A DNA stretch of 64,000 bases from Marsupella aquatica (Eukaryota; Plantae; Marchantiophyta), in contig OZ316893.1 in the NCBI GenBank assembly GCA_973895155.1, positions 8,146,963 through 8,210,962 of the forward strand, written 5' to 3'. The notes below the pieces were generated by a model. It ran no database searches. It saw only the letters and a list, made by a program, of their open reading frames with translations, and was not told the origin of the DNA. Of this stretch, positions 33,453-53,059 are shown piece by piece. A program made the translations under genes and the position numbers. The stretch's first letter is position 1; each line of letters opens with the position of its first letter.

Positions 33453-36400
33453 CATTGCTTATGTTGCCACTTGTAGAACACTCCTGAGTTTTGGATTAGC
33501 AGGCAAGAGTACAATGACAAGGTGGACAATCTTAGGGACCATCATGACTGACTTGGGCTGGTCTGGTATTGTCATAAAAGGTTTGAAGGGGTACCTTCAT
33601 GTCAGTCATCTATATATACTAGGGGATACCTTCATATTAGTCAACTGTAAATTTTGAATAACTTGTGCGGATTGCTAGGAAACATATAAAAATAGAGGGT
33701 GATGATCCATGTGCAAGGTAGCTTTGTGTGATGTTTGTGAACAAATCTTCACAAGGTAGTTCAAACAAGCATTACACTAGCTATATGTATAGACATAGAG
33801 AGACATGCAATGAAAATTGAGAAGCTAAAAAGACAAGGATTTTAGACACAACTTTTGTTTTTCCTCTAGTAGATCTTCAAAACTCTCAGTACTATATTTT
33901 GGCACTATAGCAAAAAAATGAATCTCATAAATCATTCATATCACTCAATCATATAATATGTTAGTGGATTTAAAATGTCCTAAGAAAACTGTAAAAGAAA
34001 ACATATGATCAAAAGCTGGAAAGTTGTAATGCAGTCATCTATGGATGACTAGCTGGTGGGGAATGCACAATGCTCAAAGCCTTTGGTGAGTAGAACCTGC
34101 ATGATTTGTGAATGTCGGCTTGCATGTGGAAATATATTTGATCCGACAATATTGTATAGACTCAGATCCAGGTTTAGATGTGGCACATGCAACAAATAGA
34201 ACTTCCTACCTGACTTCTTACTGGATTATGCAATCAGTACAATTTTAAGCATGAAAGGATTTCTTCAATGACCGCCCCAATGTCCAAACATGTGTAATCC
34301 AAAAGGACTCCAAGATATGACATGTCTTAGTTTATTGCAAACAATTTTGCATTGGGTTGTTCTCTGCTTCTGCAATCTCCACACCAGACAACAACTAGGA
34401 ATTGTACACCCTGAAGATAACTAGCAACAAGTCAATATGTGAGGTCCAGATGGAAATCAAATTAAAGAAGACAACTATTCAAGTGATACTTGGTACTTAC
34501 TTCACTTGAGTCCAATTATCAATCACATTCTATGGATCCGCAAGCCTAGCATTTGGCCAAGATATAGAAACCCTAGCACAAGTGCATTGATATTTTTTGA
34601 AGATCAACACCATTCATCCCCATGTTGCAGACAAAATTAAGTGTCTTTGCTCGAGTGAATAAGCCCAAGAGGGCATTCATTGCTTTAACCTATCGAAGCC
34701 AAAAGTTTTGTCAATTTCAAACTCAAACGCCAAAAAAGAAATTGAGCCTGGCTTATTGAAAAGGAGAACCAATCCAATCGTGTGACTTCTCAAACTCTAT
34801 CCGTTCTAGGAGTGACAATGGCAAGAGTGATCAGGGAGAGTACATTGTATATTGGTAGTCCTTGATCAGACCCTGTATACAGAATATAATCTAATTATCT
34901 CACTAGGGTTGGTCCAATTCAACATAATGCACATATCATCAATGCAAGATTTAACTCCATATATGTGCCAAATTGAGCACCAAATCTTTGGCTACCAAAA
35001 GGAAAGCCCGTGGGCTCAATGCTTATATAAAAAATATTAACCTTAATTTTTTTGTAGCTTTAAGCGGAAACTGTATTGTCAATACCCAGTCATCTTAAGT
35101 CTTACTCTTGTCCAACATAAGTGAGGTGGTCAAACAATCACATGTTGCAGCTGCAGGGAGAGTGACAGGTGGGGCATAAAAAATGTATACACCAACACCT
35201 GTCCAACAAAGCACACATAATGTCAAGAGGATAGAAAAAACGTCTACATCTATACACAAGGCACATGTCATGCAATTAGAATTTTATGTCAAGTTGAGAC
35301 TAGGTGAATTATTAAACCCATGATTCCATATTTAGAAAGTTGGCATTTGTGAAAATAGGAATATTTAGAAAGTTGACTATAATTTCTGTGAAGCATGGAC
35401 ATCTGCATTACATAGGATTTAGATTCTAACATATGGCAAGTTGAAATCAGCCTCGTGGGCTCTAAAGAATATTAAATATACATAGCTCTCATGCAGCGCT
35501 CCAATGGAAGCATACAAAATGTTAAGGAGGAATAGGAGGATGTGGCTCAAAGCTTTTTGATGTGGGTTGTGAACAAGAGGAATTGAACTTAGTTTGCATA
35601 TTTCCAAAACTGTAAGAAAATCTGTTGTACCCACTCACGATGAAGAGGCCATATCTCCTGCAATTAGAAACCAAATGTGACATTCTTTATACCATTGGAA
35701 AGAAGAAGTCAAGCCGCTTCCAATGAGCCTAGACACTCAAAGTTTTAGAGAAATAGGAGGACACATTATGAATCATAAGCAGACAAATAAAATGTAAAAT
35801 ATAGTCAAGAATATAGTCAGACACAATTTTTTTTCATAATTATTGACTGGATCAATGTGACACTATCTCCAATAATACTGGATGAATAAAGGCAATTAAG
35901 GTATTATTGGAAATGATTTTCAAACGGTGATGAAACAAGCCCATGAGCAAGACTTCTTGAGTAACCACTCAGATCGAGACTCAGATATGAGTACACCAAA
36001 AGCATAGACAACAAGCATGGAATTTTATGAATGCAACAAGACATCAATCGCAAGCAAAGAGCTGTATATATCTTAAGTGAGCCCCCTTTGTGGTGTGCAC
36101 GACAGTTTTTAGTCAAACAGGTCTTGGTGGGCCCAGGTCTAAGGCAGGTGCCATGCAAGGTGGAGAACCAGTGAGCAGCATTGCGCACCTCTCCAATAGT
36201 CCTTGCCATGAGGATCTCACAAGAAGATAAGAGAAGGAGAAGGAATGCCAATCCTCCCCTACAATCGGGAAAAAGAAACAAATAACAGTGGAGGTGATGG
36301 AAACTACCAGCAATGCTCTTGCCTCACCTGGGTAAAAATTAAAATGATATAGATTGATTCAAAGTGGCAACATACACAATTCCACGTACAGGCCAGTTCA

Positions 36401-38006
36401 ATAGAGATTTAGCTCACCTATTCTTGATCAGTTTCACATCATGTCACCTCAACTCAGCCCTTGCTCAGTGATGACTCACACGTTATCTATTCCAGCTCCA
36501 TCTTGCCAAAAATCAGGCAGCTCAATTTAAGCTCATGGTTGAGGTCCAAATTGTTCTTCAACTCCAACTTACAGTTCAGGGTCTCAGTGCACCAAAGTAC
36601 TAACTTGATGTAGTTCAAGCTCACGGTTCTGCTGAAGAATGTGCATGGTTGCATATGGTGAGTCAGCAGGTACTCACACAATAAACAACCTAGCTGATTG
36701 CTCCGAGCTTTCCTGCAACTCACCTTAAGCGCTCCCATGATATATACTTGCTACTTGACCTAGCTTGCTCCAAGATTTCCCGCGACAGTCAAACTTTGCC
36801 CTACCTTGCAGGGCGCTCACACAATAGTGTGCGTGAGAACGCCATTCCATGTGAACTTTTCACCAAAAAAACTTTTGTTGAGTGGGAGAAAGTGAAATTT
36901 TGGACATTCAAGAGGAACCGGGGAACCCTTGCCATCAAATTTGGCCCTAAATTTTGGATGGGCAATAGGCGGCCATAAGGAAAAGCAAAGTTGTGGATGA
37001 TGGTTGGCCATAAACAAACTAATGGCCATACCTTTTGCACAAGGTTATTCACAGGGTTTTATATTAATTTTTTTAGTAACCTCCACAATTACTTATGATC
37101 AAGACATATGTCAAATTTTTATGGCAAAAAGTAATGGCAAGTGAGGTAGGAGGGTTTGCTGGAAAACGGCCAAGATTTATTCCTGGTTTTTTGAAAACAC
37201 TATTTTTGAACCTCCCCACCCCCTTTGCCCGGTCTTGCTGACCCACACTTTAAGACACCCTATTTAGGTGTCTCAAACTTTGAAGTTGCGTGAAAAATGG
37301 CACCCAGAACTACCAGTTTTGGTCATGGGGCAGGATTGTGCAAACATGCATATTTGTGTCCACCACTTTTTTCTTGGGAATTTGTCATTGATGGTGACCG
37401 GAGGCCTAAAGGAGAAGTTTGAGACTCCCTGTTATATTGCTTTGATTGATGCCCACATTGATACTCAAAGTGGGGTCTCCAAACAAAACGGCAGATAATT
37501 CCACGCTGATGATTATTGGGAGACTCTTGTAAATTGGAAAAATTAGGTGCTCTATAGTCTAGGCGTCTAGGAGGGTCCGCCAGAGAGGTGCAGTTGAAAC
37601 CCACCGCCGATGAACCAGGTTGCGTAAGGCTGACGGTGGCTCAGGTTCAACACAACGCGGAAGAGGGGGCCGACGGAAAGGCGGTGGGGCCCCATGCAAC
37701 CCGCACTCCTTCTCCCTCTCCCAACAGAGCATGGCCAGTCTCACTAAGACAGGTGGACTGCGAGGAGGTTTGGTTCGGGAGCGAGATCTACGTTTAGGGT
37801 TGGCTCTGCTGAGACAAGAGCTTTGTACTAGAGCTCTCTCTTCGTCTCTCTGTCTCGTCCTCTTCGTTTCTGCTCGAGCAGAAGGAAGAGAGAGAGGGAG
37901 AACGAGAGAACGAACGAGCGAGGGTTTTGGGGGTGTGGGGGACGAGCAATTTAATTCGGAGTCGGGGGAATATCGGGAAGGTTGGAGGCACTGTGGTGTC
38001 GTCAAG

Positions 38007-42397
<4,391 letters not shown>

Positions 42398-45300
42398 GAA
42401 TAAATTTTCAAGTCCCATTTGTGGGGTCGCGGATTAGTTAGTGACACAGTTGTTCTCTGAGGATACGTGTACCTTGGTACAGTATAGTCGAGATAGGCCT
42501 CCAAATGGAGTCCGGGTTTGGACCCAGCATCTTTTTCTTACCCTCGCTAGTCTAGGACATTGAACTACCTGCTTTGTGAATTAAGGGAATGAGCAGCTGA
42601 GTTGTTTTGTGAGTGTGGTGGCGATGGTCATATGACGCCGTTGCAGTTGGTATGACCCCAAAATTTAGTGTTTCATATACCGTGTCATACCAAAAAAGTC
42701 ATGGTGGCATGCATGTCAATGTGATCTCTTTGGAAGAAGTGGTCATAAGCAGCTCCGCCGTAACAGGCGTCCAAGATGTAGCTGACTGGTAAGCTGCCTA
42801 GTGTTGCAGCTAAAGATCTGGAGGTGAAGGCGATCAATTTGAGAGGAATGTACTGTGTTGACGAAGAGATGAAGTGATTCTTTTTGCTCCAAAGGTGATT
42901 TATTAGCCCACCTGGAGCTGTATAGTACTATCATTCTGGCTAGCAGCGATGTTGTACGGGCCGCAACCATGAGTTATTTGGTTGCAGCCTAAAAGTGGGC
43001 TTGCCTTTTCGTGTCCCATTTGTCTAGTGGCTTTTATTTGAGTTTTGGCGTCTCCTTAAATCAGAGTAGTGTTGTGCCAAATCTTGATGTAGGAATCTGG
43101 TTATGACGGTTATGGCATCTGGAGTATTTGCCGCCCTGGACATTGTTTGCCCATCTAGCCGGAGTGCATTCTGGGCCTAAGGTTTATTTCTCATTTATGA
43201 GGCGAATTGTGGTCAAATCTTACGACTGTGAGATGAACAACTTGAAACTGTGATGCGGGGGCTGATTGTTAGTACAGGTTGTGCTAGGCGATGACGAGTG
43301 CATATGGCCGGGATCAAATCTCATTTGCATTTGATGTAGCGTGCACAGCTCCCTATTGCAAAAATCACGAGGACCTCATGCTTCTTTCTCGAAATTTTCT
43401 CTATCCATTGACCATGTTTTTCCCAGCTTTCACTTGAGGGGAGCAATTTTCAAAGCAATAAATGCCACATTAGAAATAGCTGCCTCTGGTCTAATCCTTC
43501 ACAATAGTTTGCACAGAGATTTAGGGGAAAGGTTTTCCTGTACCTCCTATGGAAGTCGTATGGTAACGAAGGAGGAAGGGACAAGCTTCTCTGGGATTAC
43601 TTTGAAACTTGGGGCTGTCGTGCATGTGCAAGGTCTTCCAAGACTTGAATTGTCCCCAAAGAAGACTTGGGGCTTGCATGTGCAAGGAATTGTCAATTCT
43701 CCATATAATGTCCAAGGGAAGACCGGTGACCTGTCCTCAAATCTCCACATAATGTCATGGGTGACTTGTCCATGCACTCATGTCCCTAAATCTCCTGCCA
43801 AGGGAAGACTGTCCATGGGCTATCATGACCCCTAAATCTCCACATTATCTGCTAAGGGAAGACGGGTGATCTGTTGGTGCACTCTCATGTCAATCTCCTG
43901 TCCTTTGTAGCTTCTTGCCTCTACAGGGCAGTATGCGGGTACTGTAGACTGTAATTGCAGGTTTTGTCTCGTTATCAATTCGAAGGTGGACTAATTGTTT
44001 TGAATACTGGCTCTGGAGTGGGGGAACACATGAAAGACTTGCTTAGTCCAAAGATGCCTCCTGATCACTTAGAGGGCCAATTTTCTCAAGACCACCACAT
44101 GAAAGACAGCTCTTGAATCCCTGCAGGATTTTATTCTTGGTATGTTTCTGTACTTTATGGAGTAGAATGGCACAATGAGACAAAGCTAAGGGTATTTTGA
44201 GATTTGTCATCCACTTGTCTCTTTGGTAAGTCAAGAAAGTAAGGTCTGAACTTCTGTGAAATTTGGGTTTATTTTCAAGTGCAGAGGAGAGGGGAAACAA
44301 AATGTCTTTCAAAGGAAGTAAGATCTGAACTTCCATGAAATTTGGGTTTGTGTTCAAGTGCAAAGAGAAAGACAAAATTGAAATGAGTGAAAAATCTTTG
44401 AAAAGTTTAAGTGCCCCAACCCCCTACCAAACAATATCAGGAGTAGGCTGAAATAGGGAGGGGGTTGGTGATAAGAGTCTGAAGCCCAGATGGACCCAGA
44501 CATTGTGCCTCCCATCCCCATGGTTGCATAAAGTGATCACTGAAGTTACACTTAAAAGAAAAAGAAACTGATTGCGGATCAAAGTTGATGACTTTGACTA
44601 CCCTGTAGAGAAAGTCATGAAGACATCAAGTCATGTCTCAATGGCTCGGCAATGTTGCCTGGAGAAGAATGGAGGTTCAAGACGTCTTGTCTTGAAGCTC
44701 AAATCTCAACCCAATTGAAAAGCAAGCAAAATGGATTAAAAAATGAAGGTGTGATTGAAAACATTTGTGCCACTCCATTGCTCCCATATCAAGGATTTGA
44801 GTTTGTCGCTTAAGAAAATTCTCGAGTTGTCATGAACTTCACAAGTACATAGCACGTTTTCAAAATGCACTGGATGTCTTGACTGTTTACATAAACTTTA
44901 TCTTTGAATTTGACAGATGGGTTGATTTATTGAAGTACTTTTAAATCTCTGTTTAAGCTGAAATCTTTCCAGCAGGGTCTGATGTAGGATCTATTGCCTG
45001 ACAAAGCTTGAGACTTTTTTTTTAGATCATTTGCTCCATTTCCAATGGGCACAAAGATAGTCAACTATTCTAAATCATGATTTCACTTTATACCCAGAAA
45101 TTATCATGTGGGTCAACTGCAAATTGGTGTTCCTGAGTAATGGCATGACCTCTTGACATTTTTCAGGTTCAAGGTCATCAAGTCATCAAGCCAGGGAGGA
45201 GACCAGTTTGGTAATGTAACTGAAAATGGTTTGGTAAGGAGACAGTTTAGAGGTCACATTTCAATCAAAATTATAAACAATGTTATCTGAGTCAATTTAT

Positions 45301-45459
45301 ATGTTTGGAGCAAGTCCATCCAAGCTTTGCCACTCTACTGGGGTTCATGGATAATGTGGAGGTCCATTCGGGCTTCAGTTTCCAGTAATAATGGTAACAG
45401 TTGCTTTGTGGAATTCAGTGAATTATTGTGTAGCCGGGTTTTCCAACATCAAAGCGCTC

Positions 45460-47175
45460 CTTGTAGCAAGAGCAACACTCTCTGAAAACTTTGATTTCCA
45501 ATAGCTTTGCAATGATTAAATTACTTGTAGCCCCCTATGTAACAAGAGCAACACTCTCTATAAAATAGAATTCTATAACAATGTTCTTGCAAATTAAAAT
45601 ACCAGGTAACTCTGCAATAGCCAAACTAGTCAAACTCTCATTATGACAAGAGAAACACTATTTGAAAAAAAGATTCACAACTATGCTCATGCATATTTAA
45701 ATTTCCGTGAGCTCCACAACAGAAAAATTACCACACATGTTAACAAGATCAATGCTTTCTGAAAAATAGGATTCCGCCACAGTGTTTGCAAGAGTAGTAC
45801 ACTCATTTTGCAAAATATTAATGCCCTTGAATCTCAGGGAATTGTGTAGGAAAACTGCAATGTCTTTGTGAAAATGAAGTTCCTTTAGGCTTTAGATTCC
45901 CCCCTTGGTCTTCATGGCCAGAATTGTTTTCTTGGTTCAAGAGTCATTGTGTTGCTTGTTTTACCCCAAATTTAAGGTAAACTTTGGTCTTTAAGGACCT
46001 CGATCATCTAGCCATAATGGTAAATGAAACTCTGAGTAGATGAAATACTAAGTTCATGGTTTTTTTTCTTTATAATTTTTGGTGCATTGGTGGCGACAAA
46101 TGCAAAGTAGAGATTTGGTTTACAATGCATTTACAGGAGAATCATAACAAATTCCATAATATTTCTCTTGGTACTTTTTGTTGTGTTTATGGAGAAGAAT
46201 GTGAAGTCAATATTTGGATGCTCAGTGTGAAACATCTTCTGGGCTGCTCATATTAAATAAAGACAATTTTAAATCTGTAAAGACAATTTTAAATATATTG
46301 GGCTTGACGTACATTAATGTCTTGTTAGCAAACATTGTAGACAATAATGCCCCTCAAAACTGAATCTAAAGCCCAGGCCTTTTAGAGCATTATGGTCCAC
46401 AACGCCCTGAATATAGTAAGTTGTCATATTTTTAATGATTTTTCTCTTTGTCCTTTTCAGGGCAGTATTCTAGAACAATGCACTTCAAAATTTGGATCAA
46501 CTCACTATGAAGATTCCACTCTATGTTTACTAAAATTAGAAAAAATAAAAATCTAGGTAGCCTTATGTGATTAATGTCATGTTACCAGAGAGTTATGGGC
46601 AATAACAGCTCCTCAAAGCTCAACCTCAACCTCTTGTTTACAGGGGCATTTTGTCTCACAATGCATTTTAACAGGACTTTACTATCTACTTAATGTCCTT
46701 CCTGATTTTTCTCTTTGTAACCCCCTCCTCAAACAAGAGTTGCTGTACACTTAAATCCCTCAAGACTGCCCAACACCGTGATAATAATCTCTCAAACAGG
46801 GTGTTGCTATATACTTAAAAACCCTCGAGAATGCCCTTCACCGTCAATGCAATGGGATTTTGATACGTGTCTACATTACTTGTCTCTTGCTAAAAATATA
46901 AAATAAAATGTCAATTTGCATGTTGATACTTGTCTACTTGTTTCTTGCTGAAAAAAAAGTAAATTAAATCTTTGCATTAAGGCTCTTTGTTTTTCCCGGC
47001 TTTCCATTGATTCCCGTCTTTATTAGTTTTTTCGCCTTTAGAATCCCTATCGCCCAATCAGGAGCTTTTTATTCTTTTGCAATATATATAATTTGCTTGA
47101 AATTTAGTCTTTATTAGGTTTTTGCCTTTGGAGTCCTATCTCCCAATCAGGAGCATTTTATTCTTTTGCAATATT
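45460..47175. repeat. Cluster of degenerate local duplications (aagagcaacactct units ~45465-45760; pairs at ~46727-46845, ~46860-46970 and ~47017-47175)
   Basis: Direct reading; AT-rich and non-coding. Confidence 0.55.
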
Positions 47176-48836
47176 CATCAATTTGTATGCAATTTGAGTT
47201 TGTCCGTGAAGATAGGAGAGAAAGACAAGAGTAGGAACAGTGCAAAGTCCTTCAGAGATTAAAGTACATTTACTCCAGATATTTAAGGGCATTCTAGTCA
47301 ATAATAGTCACTCAAAAGTAGGGCTGAAAACCCACAAGGCCTTGGAGACAAGTAGTATACAAATAGAATCAATGACCTCGAAAAGTGCACCAGGAATACC
47401 TTGAGACAAAGGCACCTTCCTACATTATTCTGAAATCTCACCTCAGACAATTGACAATTAATAAGCCTGAAAACTTGGACAATCAATCATGAACATGTAA
47501 TATTTAATGTGCTACCTCTAGACGACTATGGTATTCGTTTTTTTACCTCCGGGCCGAATTAGCTCCAAAAGCTCACCAAAGATGAAGTCCATGAAATTCA
47601 TTTCTTTTGCGGTTTTTGTCCATGGGTTTTGTCCATGGTTTCTGTCCACTTTGGGTCTCTTTTGTTTATTCTTGTGTAACGTGTTTGGCCCTTTCTGTAA
47701 AAAGTTTGCTGTGACTTTTCCACTATGAAGGCCACGCTTTTTGCAGTTTAGTACCCCCTGGTGTCTGAAGTAAGCTGATGTGGGAATGCCTAAGCTCCCA
47801 AGGATAGGACTATTAAGAGGCTACAATTCGTAATTTACTCCCGAGTCATATGTTTGAAGCAAGTGGACGTCTGGGTGTCTTTGCTCCAAGGACAGGCGAT
47901 TTGAACAGTCAGGATTTGTGCTTTCCTACTAGGTGTTCGTGTGACGGCGGGAACATATGCTCAATGACGCTCCACTTTCCAAGGTTACATGTAAAATCTC
48001 CGGATGAACTATTTCATTTGTAGGGAAGCAATCGAGTTATTACTTGTTCTGGTGCGCGTATTGTCGCGAGACTCGAACCTTGGCTACCTCTGATGGATTG
48101 GCTACTGAATAGAAACCCAGTAAACTGCGCTACTAGTTTACCTGAAGACATTACGCAAAGCCGTGACAATTATTACAGCATGGGCTTTCCCTCTGTTGCT
48201 GCAGATGTGGAATGACTACCATCAGCCATAATTCCGATTTCAACAGGTTGAACTCCACCAATCCAGACTTTCGGAAAATGATGCCAGTAAACATCTCATT
48301 GGGTTTGATGCAAACAAAGACAATAAATTGTCTGATTATTCATTTTGAACAGACAGATCTTTTGATACACTACATCCTTGGCTCTGTTCAGAAAAATGAC
48401 GGTACTTTCGGTTGTAGAACAGAGCCCTGTCTGACTACGAGCTAATGGCTACTCCGGTGGTCCTACGCTTATCATTCACACTATACACATGACATTCTTA
48501 CACACAAATACATCTTCATGCACATTAATCCTACACCTCTGCCACGACTTTGGAGACTGCTCATAAAATGTGTCAGTCTCTGCTTGTCGACAGAACTAAA
48601 TACGATGAAACACTATTGGAGTGCTCTTCGTCTCAGGCCAGCAGAAAATATGGCAAATTGCTAGGTTGGCCTAGCTCAAGAGGGATATCAGGAGTGCAGA
48701 ATTGGGATAGGGAAACCAATCCAACCCACTCATTAATGATATTTGACATTTAGCTCTAGACTGCTCCGCAGAAAGCAGAAAACAGAAATAAATAAGACGA
48801 CGGTAGCAGGAGGAGAGACAAACACTGCCACTTAAC

Positions 48837-50433
48837 TTATGGCGCCTTCTTCACTGGTCTGGCTTCGAAACCACCCTCTGGTCTGTTTTCAAGAGAGTAA
48901 GGCATGTGAGTCCCTAACACTCTGTCCCACACATTGAAAAATGGTTGTGAAAAGTTGAACTTTGTTCCATGGAGCTGGTGGTGTACGTCATGATAAGCCG
49001 TGTTGTTCTGGAATAGCCAATGAAATGGATTCCATGGCAAACATAGCCCACAGTGGTCATCCACCGTTTTGATAGTTGCAAACGAAAAGAAAAAGATGGA
49101 TGTCCGAGGTGTCATTCCGGACAACAAAAATGAAAGAGCTCCGCCAACTGTGTCCATAATTAGACCTTCGACAGGGTGGTTGTACAGAGCTCCATAAGCA
49201 TAGGGTACAACCAGCTGGTGATGCCTTGAGTGTAGGTTACGATATAGGAACTTGTTGATGTGCATGTATCGATGAACAAAATATTGCCATGTGTCCATAA
49301 CCATCATTGCCACTATAAACTGCCCAAATTGCTTTGCAAAGGTTGGCTGCGCCACTTGCATATCTTGTTGCGACGTCAACTACATCAAACAAACAACAGG
49401 ATCAGCATCACAGGCTCGGTGAGAGGGTCCATCCTGTCGTCCGTGAAAAGATAAAGATAACCACAACAAAAGTAAATAACTCTCAGGAGTTCCCAACTAA
49501 CAAGTTACGATTCGGGATCAACTATGAAGACCACTGCGATGCAGCTACTTCCTGATAGGAAACTAGATAAAAGGCCATGAATTTGTAGGTCAGACGATGC
49601 TAGGCTACCTGTAACCCAAAAAATATGACCTAAGAGGCGTGAACTTAGACGAAAGAGGCTAGATAATGGCTCACTATGTCTAGTACAGCAAGGACGGCTA
49701 TCTCTGTGCTGTTTAGGTCTGCATTAAATTTTGTCAAATCACTGTTTTTATCTTTCCACGGCTCTCATCAAGGACGCGTCAATTCTACATGATGGCTCCT
49801 TATTGCTTTGAATCAAAATTAGACAGCCACCTCTTCTTCTTCACGGATGTTCTTACAATTATAATTCAAAACAACCACAACATCCATTTGAGTTGTGTTG
49901 TATGTTTCGCACTCTGCATGAGACTGAAGTACCAAACCATGTTTCACGAAAAGAAAAGACAGCTACATCACAGAAACTCAACACGCCTAACAGGACGATG
50001 TGTCATGTACGTTTTGCAGCTAGATCCAATCCTGGTCGATTAGGGTTCGGAATTCAATCAACACGAGGATGGGGAAAATCTTCAAACAAAAAACGAAATG
50101 AAGATAACAAGAAAATAGATACGAAAAAATATCAACAGTATCCTAGAATAAATATCCATGCACCCTGACCGTCATGACCTGTTAGGGATAGAGCCGCACC
50201 ATGAAGAGAAGGATCGCAACGACAGCCTGAACAGCCTGCTGCAGGAGAACACCCTTGACAACAGTCGACTTCGACACTACATTCTTCAGATCCTCCTCCT
50301 TCCGCGTGTGCAAACGGTATTTGTCCATAGAGGGCAGCACATGATACATCCCTCCATAAATCCAATACACAGCTATAGGAGCGAAAGTGCCGAGGACCTC
50401 ATCTGAAATTCCAAATTCCTCCAAAGTAACCAT
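48837..50433 (-). CDS. SBH: Sphinganine C4-monooxygenase (sphingoid base hydroxylase, SBH1/SBH2 family); exons 50433-50200 and 49379-48837
   Basis: ISDEVLGTFAPIAVYWIYGG, DKYRLH, His boxes HRYMH, HSRHH and HDVHH, KTVDDHCG, NFSQPFF, GGFEARP; phase-0 GT-AG intron. Confidence 0.95.
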
Positions 50434-51964
50434 TGCTCTGGTCTGTTTTCCCTCCGCCTAGTTCACCTCGAAGGAGCAAAAATTCAGAACGAGCGATTCC
50501 CACAGTTTCGAGCCTGCCGAGAGGCAGTGGCCTGAAGTCAAGCCCAAACGCCGGAATCCTTCCAGAACTCCAATTCTTGTGATGTTAACCACTACGGCGG
50601 GTGCAGGTGCTGCGCACAGCAATCCGCCCGCCCCTCCCCTCAAAACCACCGTCCCTCTGCTACCGCGCTAAGTTGTTTCCGAAGCACCCAGATGAAGTCG
50701 TCACTCGCACGCAAGTCACGCAACCTAAAACAGCACCACCACAAAGCACGGCAACCCCAACCCGAAATTGAGAGGAGAGCCCAGCAACAACCCACATTGA
50801 TTACAAAGAACCCGAGCTCGAATTGCTCTCACCCACCCACTCTCTCACTCCGTCACTCCCTCCCCAGAGCAAGCGAGGAATTCCACGCACCAGACTGACC
50901 GACAGTCAACAGTCAGTCAATCACGCAGGTCTAGCTCCGTGCTTCTCAGCAGCAGCACCGCAACGCACGCAGCTCCGTGCGCTTCGACCACCGTTCCGGT
51001 CACAAATTCGAGCGAGGGAATTGTCGCTCTCTCAGCTACTCGAATTCGGCCAAATCCTGCCGCAATTGGAGTCACCGGGTCCCGATCACAGAGCTTTCTC
51101 CGTGCTCAATCCCTCTCGCTCTCTCGCTCGCTCGCTCGCTTGCTGCCTCATGGTATCGTCGTCCTCCACCTACAGTAGTAACACCCCCTCCGCCCTCTCC
51201 CAGCTCCGATCCTTCCTCCTTGTGATGCACACTCCACCGCTGGAGAGACGGGCTACACGCGGTGGCCTTCCACTGCATCGCCCTGCGCCACCGCCCGAGC
51301 CGGTCACTCTGAGGGGCGTTACGTGAGCGTGGGGGCGTTTACTACGTATCGGACGGTTGCCGCGAGGTTATGAACGGAGGGGATTCGTTCGCGTTCTGCG
51401 GACATGAGCTGGTGGCAGATGTCGGGCCTGCTCGAGCGCCGGTGCCCGGCGGCGTAGAACTTCTTCTCGACTCGTCGGGGACCTTCTGGAGCTGATAAGG
51501 CCGTGAGGCCCTCGTCTGGACACGGTCCGTCCACGGCCCTGTCCCTGCGCTGTGCGCGTCGCTGTCTGGCCTGTCCTCTGGACAGGTCTGATCCATGGCT
51601 GAAACGGCTGTTCTGAGCCGGGCGTCCTGCGTGGCATCATTCTTGTCCGCATCGGGCTTCGCGAAGGGAAGCTCAGATACTGGGAGTGGAATGCCTGGCT
51701 CAGGCAGAGGCTCCATGGAACCACGAAGGAACGGGTACAAGCCTCTTCAGTATAATTACTATAGTACTGGTCTGGACTCTGGACCGTTACCAGAATTATG
51801 TCGACTCATCATCATCCACATGGCGACGAGATGCTGGGAGAGGAAGGCCATTCTAGGCTGGGGCTCCATGGACCGGCGGAGGAAAGGGTGCTGCTCCCAC
51901 TGCAGACTCCGGGGAAAAGTGCTCAGGTTAACCCCATGGCCTGGAGGGGTTGTGGGCTGTAATC

Positions 51965-52218
51965 AATTTTTTTCTTTTTTCTTTTAAATAAAATTCATGT
52001 TTACTAGAGAAGCCACCATGGCGAAGACCAGCGAGGCAGACAACAAATCAAACCAAGGGCCACACGTGCCCAAAACAGTGACTCAACACCAAAAACCACC
52101 CCAACGGATCACAAAGTCACCTTCAAAAGAAGGACCAAGGGATAACAAAAATCAAGAAAACTAAACCACATAACAGGCAAACAGGGCACCACCCTCGTAT
52201 AAAGGGGGGGTGGGTGGG
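51965..52218 (-). mobile_element. 5'-truncated non-LTR retroelement 3' end (LINE 3'UTR or SINE) with A-rich tail
   Basis: 13-bp TSD gtgggctgtaatc (51952-51964) / gtgggttgtaatc (52219-52231); T-rich run at the left end is an A-tail on the minus strand. Confidence 0.7.
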
Positions 52219-53059
52219 GTGGGTTGTAATCCCTAAGAGTGGTGTGTAATTTTTTAGACTTGGCATGACTGGCTGAGATGAGACTTGGAACCTACCCTGA
52301 GATTACAAAGGAAAAATGAGAGGAAGGGGTTCTGTGTAGGGTAACCCATCTACATATTGGCATTTGTGGAACAGGTTAACAAGAAAAATTCACTACTGAG
52401 GTTTGTGTATATAATGATGGTCCTGAGGTGGACAATTACTGTGTATTAAGGTTGACTGTGTGTCGATCCATGTATGTGGGGAGGCACATGGAGTTTAACC
52501 TGGAAACATGACAATCAACTGAGATACAGTATGATTGTATCGCCCTTGCAGATATACTATGATTGTATTGCTCTTGCACATATATGCCAGCAACTTATGA
52601 CCGTATGAATGCCTTTGAGCATATGTGGACCATTATGATATGTAGATGGTGTTGTGGTAGCTTTTGATTTGCCCAAATGCTTGTGTTGCCAACCATTACC
52701 ATTAGGTGGTTCTACCTATTGAGCTAAGAGAACATTCATAATGACAAATCCATGATCATCCAAGGTATAACTAATCAACAAAGAGAGATATGTGATTCAT
52801 CTCAAGTGAGACGACATTCATGGGAACGCAAAAGTGTTTTACTGTACTCTAGGCCCGTAGGTCATATCGAGTCTCCGCAATACAAGTTCTCCCTATCTCT
52901 TAACTAGCTCCGTAACAATGAGCCTAAATTCTTCCTATCCAAGCAAACACTACTTGGGATAGCGTGTGCAACACTGCTGACCTAACCAAGTGCGACTAAG
53001 GTTAACCTTGACTACAGTAATAATCATAACTCTAGACCAAAGAGTAAATGCCTAACGCT

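Noticed and set aside
32590-36740. Possible decayed gene or transposase fragments
   Set aside because: Frequent stops and no recognisable motif; cannot be supported without a search
37620-38006. In-frame N-terminal extension of ABCE (206-aa ORF), and the similar ORF at 26583-27128
   Set aside because: GA-rich leader sequence; ABCE proteins begin at [11 protein letters not shown]-like positions; the upstream ATG at 37730 is unsupported
43341-43835. 164-aa plus-strand ORF downstream of ABCE
   Set aside because: Non-ATG start, overlaps degenerate aagggaagac repeats, no domain
51319-51987. Overlapping ORFs in a GC-rich stretch upstream of SBH
   Set aside because: Open frames on both strands are explained by GC content; no homology recognised
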